From a bacterium (lineage in GTDB: Bacteria; Sysuimicrobiota; Sysuimicrobiia; Sysuimicrobiales; Humicultoraceae): a stretch of 64,000 bases of DNA. The translations under genes and the position numbers were made by a program. This document shows positions 28,507-37,506 of the stretch, piece after piece. The stretch covers positions 18,392 through 82,391 of the forward strand of contig JBGQGY010000002.1 of the NCBI GenBank assembly GCA_041497675.1, written 5' to 3'. Numbering within the stretch: position 1 is the first letter of the stretch; every line of letters begins with the position of its first letter. The notes under the pieces are model-generated. The model made no database searches. It was not told the DNA's origin and saw only the letters and a program-made list of their open reading frames with translations.

Positions 28507-30192
28507 TCAGCGAGCCTCACAGGTCCACTGCGGTTGCTGGATCAGGAATGCTGCAAACTCCGCATGGCGGGCCAGTGGCACGACCGGCAGGGTGGTCGGA
28601 CGGCCGCGCAGCAGCCGATCAATCGTCGGCCCATACCGCCGACCCATCAGGTCGATATCGAACTCGCCATCTTCCGCGTGAAGCACGAGATAGGCCTTGT
28701 TCCAGCCAAGCATGACCAGGTGACGGGAGATCAACGCGCAGTCGCGGTCGAATCGGTCACCGGCGCGGTAGACCGCGAACACCTGGAAGGAATAGGCGGG
28801 CCGATCAAGATAGAAACTGAAATCGGTCGAACGATTCCCAATGATCGGACTTCCCGCCGGCGTATTGGCGGCCACCCACTGTACCCACACGGGCGCCGGA
28901 TCCGGCGCCAGCCGCGGCCCCCCGGCCGCAACGGCCCTCGGCAGCACAACGCCTATCGCCGAAATCGCGAACACGATTGACACCGCCCAGACCACAACCC
29001 GCCGGGCCAACCCCAGGCGCTCAAGGAATGCCATGACGATCGCGATGACGCAGATCAACACCAGCGGATAGCCGGGCATCAACATCCGAGTATTCAACGG
29101 TTCGAACGCCGTCATGCTACGAATCGCCACCATCGCGACCCAGTAGCCGGCTCCAATCACCACGACCAGGCGGCCACTCGGCGAGCTCTTCAGGACGGTA
29201 CCCGCCTCGACCAGCCCGCGACGTACGCGAGGACTGCGCACGAGCCCATAGAGCAACAACCCGACCGCGGCCAGCACAAACAGGATCATCACACGGCTGT
29301 CCAGTCCCAACGCTTCAGGGATGACCGTGAGACGCCACAACAGCTTCAACCCATCCGTCACCAGGGTCTTCGCTGCGAAGACAACGTGATAGACGACGCC
29401 CTGGTCGTCCGGGGGCCGACCGCGCCCCATGAATGCACCTGTCACGAGCCGATTGCGAACGAGCAACAACACCGGCGGCACGCCGGCGCACACCGACCAG
29501 ATCGTCACGAGTTTGAGGCGTTGCCGCCAGGGCTGCACTTCAAGGTTCAAGAGCAAGAACACGCCAGCGATCGCCATCACGGCCAGACCCGGATAGCGGG
29601 TCAGGGCCGCGCCCGCCATCGCCAGGCCCCCAGTCGCGGCAAGGCGGGACGCCCCTGGTGTCGCCGCGTCGCGGAGGAGCCGAGCACTGAACAACACCGA
29701 CAAGGTCAAGAACATGATAAAGAGATTCTCCGACAACGCCATGGCGGCGATGCCGGTGACAACGGGCCATGCCATCAGCAGTAGCGCCGCAGTCGTGCCC
29801 ACCCCTTCACCGAAGACCTCCCTACCGATGACCCACACCACTCCCACTGAGACCCCAAACGCCGCCACAGACACGATCCGCGAGGCGATCGCCGCGTCGA
29901 CTCCCACTGCGAGGAACGCGGCAATCACGGCCGGATACAGCGGTGGCCAGAGGGCTATTGGCGACGGGAACTTCGCCACATGCGAGGGGAAGTAGATGGT
30001 CGATACAATGCCTTCGCCCCGCGCCAGGTGGCGCGCCATATCCACGTAGATCATCCCGGTGGCATCGAATCCCGGGGATGTTGCCGTCTGGGCCAAAGCC
30101 GCCGCGATGCCCAAGGCGATGAAACACACAACCCAAACGGTGCGCCGTGATTCCGCGATCACCGGCCTGCGCCACGCACCATTCGCCACCAT
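28507..30192 (-). CDS. GT-C (ArnT/PMT_2-like) membrane glycosyltransferase, copy 2
   Basis: WPPLYP, ALSENLF, LTRY, RMLMPGYP, GDRFDRDC shared with copy 1. Confidence 0.8.
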   Translation of the reverse strand: MVANGAWRRPVIAESRRTVWVVCFIALGIAAALAQTATSPGFDATGMIYVDMARHLARGEGIVSTIYFPSHVAKFPSPIALWPPLYPAVIAAFLAVGVDAAIASRIVSVAAFGVSVGVVWVIGREVFGEGVGTTAALLLMAWPVVTGIAAMALSENLFIMFLTLSVLFSARLLRDAATPGASRLAATGGLAMAGAALTRYPGLAVMAIAGVFLLLNLEVQPWRQRLKLVTIWSVCAGVPPVLLLVRNRLVTGAFMGRGRPPDDQGVVYHVVFAAKTLVTDGLKLLWRLTVIPEALGLDSRVMILFVLAAVGLLLYGLVRSPRVRRGLVEAGTVLKSSPSGRLVVVIGAGYWVAMVAIRSMTAFEPLNTRMLMPGYPLVLICVIAIVMAFLERLGLARRVVVWAVSIVFAISAIGVVLPRAVAAGGPRLAPDPAPVWVQWVAANTPAGSPIIGNRSTDFSFYLDRPAYSFQVFAVYRAGDRFDRDCALISRHLVMLGWNKAYLVLHAEDGEFDIDLMGRRYGPTIDRLLRGRPTTLPVVPLARHAEFAAFLIQQPQWTCEAR

Positions 30193-30195
30193 CCG

Positions 30196-31371
30196 CTACT
30201 TCGCCCCAACAAGCCGGTGCACGACCTCGGCAATGGCGCCTGCCACCGTTTCGTTCCCTGCCTCCGTCGCATGGAACCGGTCGATAAAGATGGTCCGTGG
30301 GTCGCGTTCAAAGATCCCAGACAGGTCATGGACGTTGTCCATGGGTGTCGTGTCCAGCCGGCGTTTGAATGCCGCGTCAAACGCGCGATACTGCTCCGCA
30401 AACACCCGTGTGACGTCACCGGTCTGTTGCTCGCCTTGGCGTCGCCACCGGTCTTCGTCCGGCGACAAGACCTTCTTCGAGTACATCGTCGGCTGCCAAA
30501 AGAAGACCGCGCGGAAGCCGAACTCGTGGGCCAGTGCGTTGACCAGCTTCACGTTTGCAAAATAGGTCCCCACCGTCGTGTCCACGAGCGTCGGGTCAAT
30601 CGACCGTCTGCGCGCCGCTCTACTGCCGCCCGATCGCCCCAGCGCGCCCGCCACGCTTCGCGTGACCCGGTACATTCCCAGCTTCTCGAGCAATCCTCCC
30701 CGCACGTTCAGGCGATCACGCGAGTTGAATTCAGCGACCCGGTTGAACTCGTTCTGAGGGATCCCGGCAACGCCATTTTGGAACGATGACCATGCATCGT
30801 TCACGCCGTCGTAGAACACCACTACGTCAGGAATGTTACCCCGGCGCAGCTCCAGCATGAGTGTCAGGACGTCCTGCGTTGTGACATACCCGGCCTCTCC
30901 GTAGTTCACAACCCATGGGGCCGCATTCGGGTTTTTCGCGAGTTTCTTCGAGACGTACGAAGGGATCGTAAACTCGTCACGGCTGCCCCACCCCCACATG
31001 GTGGACCCGCCAAACATGAAGATCTTCGGCTGACCGGCGGTAGGCGATGGTGAAGCGTTCCAGGTATGCCGAAGTCCTTGCGTATCGATATTGATGTAGG
31101 TTCCATGGTACGGGTGCGATCGCCAGTACACGTAGGAACGCCACCGCGTTTCCTCGGCCGCATGAAATTCAACCATATACCGATGGACCCACGACTGCCC
31201 GGGATACGCCAGCTGCGTCCTGTCCTCGGTAAGAGATCCCGCGACGGGACGGCCCCGATCCCGAGCCCAAAACACCAGTTGGAACGCTCCCTCAAGCATC
31301 GCGAGGATCACCAGGGTCACGCCAACGCTCACCCAGGCGCGGCGAAGCCACCCCATCACGCGATCACGCAT
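30196..31371 (-). CDS. Membrane-anchored SGNH/GDSL-family protein, copy 1
   Basis: N-terminal TM; FGGSTMWG (Ser), YDGVND, DRFH (DxxH). Confidence 0.85.
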   Translation of the reverse strand: MRDRVMGWLRRAWVSVGVTLVILAMLEGAFQLVFWARDRGRPVAGSLTEDRTQLAYPGQSWVHRYMVEFHAAEETRWRSYVYWRSHPYHGTYINIDTQGLRHTWNASPSPTAGQPKIFMFGGSTMWGWGSRDEFTIPSYVSKKLAKNPNAAPWVVNYGEAGYVTTQDVLTLMLELRRGNIPDVVVFYDGVNDAWSSFQNGVAGIPQNEFNRVAEFNSRDRLNVRGGLLEKLGMYRVTRSVAGALGRSGGSRAARRRSIDPTLVDTTVGTYFANVKLVNALAHEFGFRAVFFWQPTMYSKKVLSPDEDRWRRQGEQQTGDVTRVFAEQYRAFDAAFKRRLDTTPMDNVHDLSGIFERDPRTIFIDRFHATEAGNETVAGAIAEVVHRLVGAK

Positions 31372-31383
31372 ACCGAAACTCGG

Positions 31384-32568
31384 CTACCGCCCGCGGGTCG
31401 CGACGATCTGTCTGAGGGATTGAGCGATGGCGTCGGCCACCTTCGCGTTCCCGGCTTCAGAAACGTGAAAGCGGTCGATGAAGATCGTCCGTGATTCGTC
31501 CGCAAAGAGTCCCGAGAGGTCGACGACGTTATCCAGCTTGCTGGCGCGAACTCGTTCTTGAAAGGTCTGATTGAAGGCCTGATACTCCTCCGCAAAGGCC
31601 GGCGCGGTACGGCCCGGGCGCCGTGGAGCCGTCAACCGCCACCGTTCCTCGTCTGCCGAGAGCGTCTTTTTCGAGAAGATGGTCGGTTGCCAGAAAAACA
31701 CGGCGCGGAACCCGTACTGGCGCGCCAGCGCGTTCACGATCCGCACGTTCCCCACATAGGCATCCACGACCGCGCTTGCCGCGGCTGGCTCCAAAAAGCG
31801 CCTCGGCAACGTACCCGGCGACGCCGAGTCTGTCGACCCCATGACGCCCCGGGCAAACCGAAACAGCGCAAGCTTGCCCAACAGCCCCTCTCTCCAGTTC
31901 AGTCGAGTGCGTGAATTGAACTCGCTGACTCGGTTGCCCTCATTCTGCGGCTGTCCCGCCACCCCGCTCTGAAAGGCTGCCCAGGCGTCGTTCACGCCAT
32001 CGTAAAACACGACGATCGCGGGAACGTTCCCCTTGCGCAACTCCAACATGAGGGTGATCACTTCTTGCGTGCTGACGTACCCGGTTTCACCATAGTTCAC
32101 AATCCACGGCGACGGCCGCGTCGTTTCCGCCAGCCTCTTTGCCACGAGTGAGGGAATGGTAAATTCATCGCGAGCCCCCCACCCCCACATCGTCGATCCG
32201 CCAAACATGAAAATCCTCGGTTGCTCCGGCGACGGTACCGGCGAGGCGTTCCAGGTCTGCCGGACACCCAGCGCATCAACGTTGATATGGGCGCCCTTGT
32301 AAGGGTGCAGACGCCAATAGACATACGATCGCCACTGTTCCCGAAGCGCCCCGCGCGCTTCGCCGGGGTACCCGCGCACCCAGGGTTGCCCGGGGTTGGC
32401 CGCCGCTAGTCGGTCCTCGCTGATGAAACTGCTCTCTGTGGGGCCTCGGTGTCGGATCAAAAATACCAGTTGGAGTGCGCCCTCCAGCACAATCAGGACC
32501 AGCAGCGCGACACCAATGTTGATCCACAGATTGCGGAATCCACGAATGACACGATCACGCATCAGCAC
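31384..32568 (-). CDS. Membrane-anchored SGNH/GDSL-family protein, copy 2
   Basis: Same motifs (FGGSTMWG, YDGVND, DRFH); colinear paralog of 30196..31371. Confidence 0.85.
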   Translation of the reverse strand: MLMRDRVIRGFRNLWINIGVALLVLIVLEGALQLVFLIRHRGPTESSFISEDRLAAANPGQPWVRGYPGEARGALREQWRSYVYWRLHPYKGAHINVDALGVRQTWNASPVPSPEQPRIFMFGGSTMWGWGARDEFTIPSLVAKRLAETTRPSPWIVNYGETGYVSTQEVITLMLELRKGNVPAIVVFYDGVNDAWAAFQSGVAGQPQNEGNRVSEFNSRTRLNWREGLLGKLALFRFARGVMGSTDSASPGTLPRRFLEPAAASAVVDAYVGNVRIVNALARQYGFRAVFFWQPTIFSKKTLSADEERWRLTAPRRPGRTAPAFAEEYQAFNQTFQERVRASKLDNVVDLSGLFADESRTIFIDRFHVSEAGNAKVADAIAQSLRQIVATRGR

Positions 32569-32589
32569 ATGCCCTTGTTGAAGTTACGG

Positions 32590-34362
32590 TCACTTCTGAA
32601 CCCGGAAATTCCCCATAAAGAGGGCGTCGAGCCCGCTGCGAAGGAAGGTATCAATCGCATGACCAGGCTCGGTCACAATCGGCTCGCCCCGCAGGTTGAA
32701 AGACGTGTTCAGAACGACCGGCACGCCCGTCGCCTGGCCGAACTTCCTGAGGATCTCATAATATCGGAGATTCCACTCCGGGCGCACGGTCTGCAGCCGG
32801 CCTGTCCCCATGTGGCTGACCGCCGGGATCCGGTCAGCGTGGTCTTGACGTATCGGGAGTACCAGGAGCATGAACCGCGAAGGATACTGCCGCGTCGCGT
32901 CATAGGTGAAATACTCTGCGGCACGTTCCTCGAGGATCGCCGGGGCGAATGGTCGAAATGGCTCCCGGAACTTGATCTTGCTGTTCACGATGTTCTTCAT
33001 CTCGGCGCGGCGCGGATCGGCCAGGATGCTGCGGTTTCCGAGGGCCCGGGGTCCCCACTCAAACCGCCCCTGGAACCAGCCAATCACCCGGCCGGCGACG
33101 AGATCGTCGACCGCGGAGTCTATGAGGCGGTCGTCGTCCTCCAGCAGCTGATAGCGGAGCCCGGTTCGCTCGAGCGCCTCGCGGATGTGGTCCGGTCCGT
33201 ACGACGACCCCCAGTAAGCGTGCTCCATGGTGAACTCGCGGGGTTTCCCGAGGAGCACGTGATACGCGTACAGAGCGGCTCCGAGCGCCCCGCCGGAGTC
33301 ACCTGCCGCCGGTTGGATAAACACCTCGTCAAACGGCCCCTCCTGTACGATGCGCCCGTTCGCCACGCTGTTGAGTGCGACGCCGCCGGCCAGACAGAGC
33401 TTCTTCAACCCCGTCTTTTCATGCGCCTGCCGGACCATTCGCAGGGTAATGTCTTCGCTCATTTTCTGGACGCTGGCCGCGACGTCTGCGTAGTACTGGT
33501 TCTGACGCGACACCTCGCTGTCGGCCGACACGTCGGGGTCGGTTACCGACGTTGCAAACTCCGCCTTGGGGTCGCGCGGCGGACCGAACAGTTCTTCAAA
33601 CTTCTCGTTAAATGTCCGGTCGACCGAGTGATGGAAACAGAAGTATCGCATGTCGAGCCAGAACGAACCGTCATCCTCAACACGAATGACCTTCGAGACC
33701 TTGTCCAGGTAGCGGGGCTGACCGTACGGCGCCATGCCCATGACCTTGTACTCGCCGTCATTGACCTCGAAGCCCAAGAACGCGGTAAACGCAGAATACA
33801 ACAGGCCCAACGAATGCGGGAAACGCAGCTCGCTGATCGTCCGCAGTTCGTTCCGAGCCCCGTTTGCCCATGCCGCCCGCCCGTGACCGATCGTGGCGGT
33901 GGCCCATTCACCCACGCCGTCAAACGTCACCGTCGCGGCTTCATCGAACGGCGAGCAAAAGAACGCACTCGCAGCGTGCGATTGGTGGTGATCGACAAAC
34001 AGGATCTTGTCGGACGGAGTCTTCAAGTGGTCCTGAATCCTCCGCTTGATCCACAGCTTATCCTTGAACCAACTGATCATCGACTCGCGAAACACGGCCG
34101 CGGAGCGTGGAAATGTGGCCATGGCCGTCATCAGAATCCGGTCGAACTTCACAAAGGGTTTCTCGTAGAAGACCACGTAGTCCAGCTCCCCGCTCTCGAT
34201 ACCAGCCTGCTCGAGACAAAAGTGAATCGCGTGGAGGGGAAAGCCGTAGTCGTGCTTCTTTCGCGAGAAACGCTCCTCTTCAGCCGCCGCCACCAGCTGG
34301 CCAGCTCGAAGCAAGACTGCCGCGGCGTCGTGATAAAAGCACGAAATCCCCAGAATGTGCAT
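32590..34362 (-). CDS. O-carbamoyltransferase (CmcH/NodU/NovN/SxtI family)
   Basis: ILGISCFYHDAAA, EERFSRKKH, HHQSHAAS, DGVGE, GEYKVMGMAPYG, GPRALGNRSIL, KFREPFRPFAP, LNTSFN. Confidence 0.96.
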   Translation of the reverse strand: MHILGISCFYHDAAAVLLRAGQLVAAAEEERFSRKKHDYGFPLHAIHFCLEQAGIESGELDYVVFYEKPFVKFDRILMTAMATFPRSAAVFRESMISWFKDKLWIKRRIQDHLKTPSDKILFVDHHQSHAASAFFCSPFDEAATVTFDGVGEWATATIGHGRAAWANGARNELRTISELRFPHSLGLLYSAFTAFLGFEVNDGEYKVMGMAPYGQPRYLDKVSKVIRVEDDGSFWLDMRYFCFHHSVDRTFNEKFEELFGPPRDPKAEFATSVTDPDVSADSEVSRQNQYYADVAASVQKMSEDITLRMVRQAHEKTGLKKLCLAGGVALNSVANGRIVQEGPFDEVFIQPAAGDSGGALGAALYAYHVLLGKPREFTMEHAYWGSSYGPDHIREALERTGLRYQLLEDDDRLIDSAVDDLVAGRVIGWFQGRFEWGPRALGNRSILADPRRAEMKNIVNSKIKFREPFRPFAPAILEERAAEYFTYDATRQYPSRFMLLVLPIRQDHADRIPAVSHMGTGRLQTVRPEWNLRYYEILRKFGQATGVPVVLNTSFNLRGEPIVTEPGHAIDTFLRSGLDALFMGNFRVQK

Positions 34363-34673
34363 TAGAACTGCCTCCTGGAGGCTTCCAGACTATCCTCATG
34401 CGCCGGTTTGGCGACCCAGGTCGACGGTCGAGTCGGAGGCTTCAGGCCCAACGGGTCGCGCAGCAACCTGACAACAATGGCCATCGGGCCCAAGACGACG
34501 AAGTACACGACCGTCAAGATCACGCGGGCTTGAAAGTCACCGATCCGTTGCGCCAGGACCTTCCATTTCGCCCAGAGAGTGCCAAGCATCTCGATCCCTC
34601 TCGTCCGGGCCGGCCGCGGACTGTCGGCCGGATCCACGGAAACCGCTGGTTTTCCCACGCGTGCGTCATCCAC
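34362..34673 (-). CDS. SxtJ-like small membrane protein
   Basis: W-x-x-W...IG..ARVILTVVYFVV..P...DPL...W...RRQF pattern; stop overlaps the carbamoyltransferase ATG (TAATG). Confidence 0.75.
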   Translation of the reverse strand: MDDARVGKPAVSVDPADSPRPARTRGIEMLGTLWAKWKVLAQRIGDFQARVILTVVYFVVLGPMAIVVRLLRDPLGLKPPTRPSTWVAKPAHEDSLEASRRQF

Positions 34674-34676
34674 CAG

Positions 34677-36287
34677 TCACACCCCAGAGGCCTTGTCGTT
34701 CTTCCGCTGTGAAAACGCCAGTGTATGAAACGGGAGCAACTTGCCTGATGCCGTGGGCACCGGCTCGTGTCGAACGACCTTAATGGTCTCGGCCTGCCGC
34801 CACATCGGCGGAGCCGGGCGGCCTCGGGCGGAGGGGCTGCGCAGTTCCTGGACAAACCGCGCCAACAGTTGACGTTCGTCCACTGTGCCGACCGCAGGGC
34901 TCACCACGAGATGCAATCGGGTCAAATGCCCCTCGTCTTCGACCTCCAGCAGCTGGTAGTCTATGCTCCGCCCGCCGAATTCTCGCGGTAGCACTTCCTC
35001 AAGGATCCGCACACATTCTGTGCCCAAAACCGTCACGCCTTCGCCTGTCAATTTTGAGAAGCTCCTGATCCCGGACAGGTGGGTGTGGAAACCGAGCTCA
35101 TCCCACAGACACCCGCACCGCCGGACGCTGATCCGACCGAAATCATCCGAATCCAGGTTGAGCAGAATCATCGGGCTTGTTGCAAGCAACGTGGTGATCA
35201 TGAATCCTTCTACCGATTCGCCGTCAGATTGAATCCGCAGGTCGGGAATGAGCGCGAAGCTGTCCGCGATGAAGTGCACGTCGTCTACGTCGTTCGGTTG
35301 GCCACAAGCGCCTCCGATCGCCCCAATCTCGGTGATGTTATACCGGACGCCTACGCGCGCCCCGGTGCGATTGATCTCGGCATGCTTCCCCGGCGTGAGC
35401 GGCTCACCGCCGACGACGAAGGCAATACGCTCGAGGTCCTCACGCTTCTGCGCTGCGAGCCCTGCGAGCCTGGTGGCCCCACTCGGGCTCGTCACGACCG
35501 TGCACCCGCCGTGGCGCGCGCGCGCCTGTACCACCGCCTCATAGACGCCGGCGGCTCCTGTGAGTGGCACGTGCTCGATGAACGGCAGACGGAGGCCATG
35601 GGTGACGCCGACGGCCTGACCAAATCGGTACATCAATTGGTGCAGCCGCGGCGCCCTCACGATGGTCAGGTCGGTCATGCTGAACCACCGCAACGTCGCG
35701 CGGTGCATATGCGCAAGGGTCAGCCACCACAAGAAGCCCGCTTCCCTCGGCATCCAGATAATGGCCGGCCACCGGCCGCCCCCAATCGCTTCGACAGTCA
35801 AACACCAGGTGGGGGCGCGTTGATCGGCAAGATAGGTGAACGTGGCCGGGACCCGGTCCCCCTGGCTCCGCGTCCCACCCGTGCGTGTTTCAAACGTCGG
35901 GAGAATCCCTGGGTTGTCCGTGCTCACGTCATTCCAGTCCAGTTGCCGCGCTCCCCGCTGGATCGGTTTCCGCTCTTTGAACTCGCTGTGGCTCAGGTAG
36001 ACTCCCGAATCGCGCAGCGACACCAGGGTGGCGTCAAGACCATTCTTCCGTACCGCATCCTCAAGACTGTCGGGCGTCCAGCCCGCCCAGGTCAGTAGAT
36101 GATAGTACGGGCTCCGAGAATTCTGCCAAATCGTCTCGCGCACCACCTGGAGGAACAGCTGATCCCGCATGGTGATGCGGCGGCGAAGGAGCGCTCGGGC
36201 GGTTTCGGGCGTGCACGGTCGGCGCATCAGCCCCGCGAGGCCCTGGGCCATCTGTACCGCCTGTCTGAAATCAGACGTCAGCGACAC
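34677..36287 (-). CDS. Divergent ANL-type adenylate-forming ligase (CapK/PaaK-like), copy 1
   Basis: RTGGTRS (A3-like), GGEPLT, RYNITEIG (A5-like), CGC, SFSKLTGEG, TASGKL; likely start GTG 36287. Confidence 0.65.
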   Translation of the reverse strand: MSLTSDFRQAVQMAQGLAGLMRRPCTPETARALLRRRITMRDQLFLQVVRETIWQNSRSPYYHLLTWAGWTPDSLEDAVRKNGLDATLVSLRDSGVYLSHSEFKERKPIQRGARQLDWNDVSTDNPGILPTFETRTGGTRSQGDRVPATFTYLADQRAPTWCLTVEAIGGGRWPAIIWMPREAGFLWWLTLAHMHRATLRWFSMTDLTIVRAPRLHQLMYRFGQAVGVTHGLRLPFIEHVPLTGAAGVYEAVVQARARHGGCTVVTSPSGATRLAGLAAQKREDLERIAFVVGGEPLTPGKHAEINRTGARVGVRYNITEIGAIGGACGQPNDVDDVHFIADSFALIPDLRIQSDGESVEGFMITTLLATSPMILLNLDSDDFGRISVRRCGCLWDELGFHTHLSGIRSFSKLTGEGVTVLGTECVRILEEVLPREFGGRSIDYQLLEVEDEGHLTRLHLVVSPAVGTVDERQLLARFVQELRSPSARGRPAPPMWRQAETIKVVRHEPVPTASGKLLPFHTLAFSQRKNDKASGV

Positions 36288-36291
36288 AACG

Positions 36292-37506
36292 CTATCCTTC
36301 AGCAGCCTGGTCTGGGCTACTGGGAGCCTCGTGCGGAGTCCGGCCAAGCCACTTGCGGCGAAGTCCTGATATCGCGACCCCGGCCCAGCGCCGGGCGGCC
36401 ACGACCGCCACGACGCGCGGCCGGCGCCTCCAGACGACCAACGCCTTGTCACGACGCAGGGCGGCGGCCCACCGCTGTTGCTTGTACGCCTCCCCACCGC
36501 GCAGGAAGTCGAACTCCGTAGCACCTTCGGCGATCGCTTCCTGGATCGCATGCCCCAACAAAAGCGTGCTGACGCCAAAGCGGGACCAGCTCGGATCGAA
36601 TCCGGTCTGCAAATCTACCACTCGACCCCCCAGGCTCAGACAGTACTCGGCCGCCACGTATCGGTCCCCCACACGCATGAGGTACAAGCGCAGCCAGCCG
36701 CGCTCCGCGGCCCGCTCCAGGAATACCCGGTGAAAAGCGAGTGATCGCCGGGTCGTAAATGCGCTGCGGTCTCCCGCGACCTGCCGGCGTTCATCATGGA
36801 GCCGAAGCAACACATCCCACGCATGTGCCAGTTCTTCTGTCCGTTGCACCCGCTCGACGACCACCTCACCGTGCTCCCGCAGGCGCCGCCACCGGCGCCC
36901 CAAGTCCTTCCGAGCATCCGAGCGCAGCGTGCGTAGGAAATCCTCCCACGATCCCGGAAGCGAAATGTACGGGCAAATGTCGGCCGTCCTCGATACGCTC
37001 GCAAGCCCTCGGCCGACGGCGACAACAGTGGTTTCCAACCACTGCGCGGTCTCGTCTTCAAGTCTTGGGAACTCCAGAACGTCCCACCGGGGATCTGACA
37101 GCAACCACTCCGCGACCGCACTACGCACCTCTGCCTCGGCACCGCGGCGTACCAGCACGGCCAAATGATCAGCGCCGACACCGACCCCCATGAAACGCAT
37201 CGTGCGCACCGCGAGCGGTCCGCGGGCCGACGTGTCACAGAGCGGCGCAAGACCTACCAACTTGCCATCGGTCTCCCGCCGCAACAGCAACACCCTAGGC
37301 CTCGTCCCCCTGGGGCTGAACTCTTTGAGCCATATCGTCATCCATTCCCATGACAGGAACACGCTGGGGCGCGCCGTGTCCAGCAACAAATCTGTCCACT
37401 CCTCGCGGAGCCCGACCACCTTTTCGAGCTCGGTGACGACAGCGACAGTGAGCCCATCCACTCGCGCCACCTCGCGTCTGTCAAGCACCGCCGCCACGGC
37501 CGTCAT
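36292..37506 (-). CDS. GNAT acyltransferase, CelD/BcsL (Acetyltransf_6) type
   Basis: VFLSWEW, GLAPL, SWEDFL..L, FDFLRGGEAYK; start ATG 37506 (ATGA). Confidence 0.85.
   Translation of the reverse strand: MTAVAAVLDRREVARVDGLTVAVVTELEKVVGLREEWTDLLLDTARPSVFLSWEWMTIWLKEFSPRGTRPRVLLLRRETDGKLVGLAPLCDTSARGPLAVRTMRFMGVGVGADHLAVLVRRGAEAEVRSAVAEWLLSDPRWDVLEFPRLEDETAQWLETTVVAVGRGLASVSRTADICPYISLPGSWEDFLRTLRSDARKDLGRRWRRLREHGEVVVERVQRTEELAHAWDVLLRLHDERRQVAGDRSAFTTRRSLAFHRVFLERAAERGWLRLYLMRVGDRYVAAEYCLSLGGRVVDLQTGFDPSWSRFGVSTLLLGHAIQEAIAEGATEFDFLRGGEAYKQQRWAAALRRDKALVVWRRRPRVVAVVAARRWAGVAISGLRRKWLGRTPHEAPSSPDQAAEG

Noticed and set aside
32449..34365. 638-aa plus-strand ORF
   Set aside because: Codon-register mirror of the carbamoyltransferase, with no recognisable motifs.
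28300..34673. Saxitoxin cluster (sxtI/J/K/L-like genes)
   Set aside because: No sxtA, sxtG or other core genes; the context is glycan biosynthesis.
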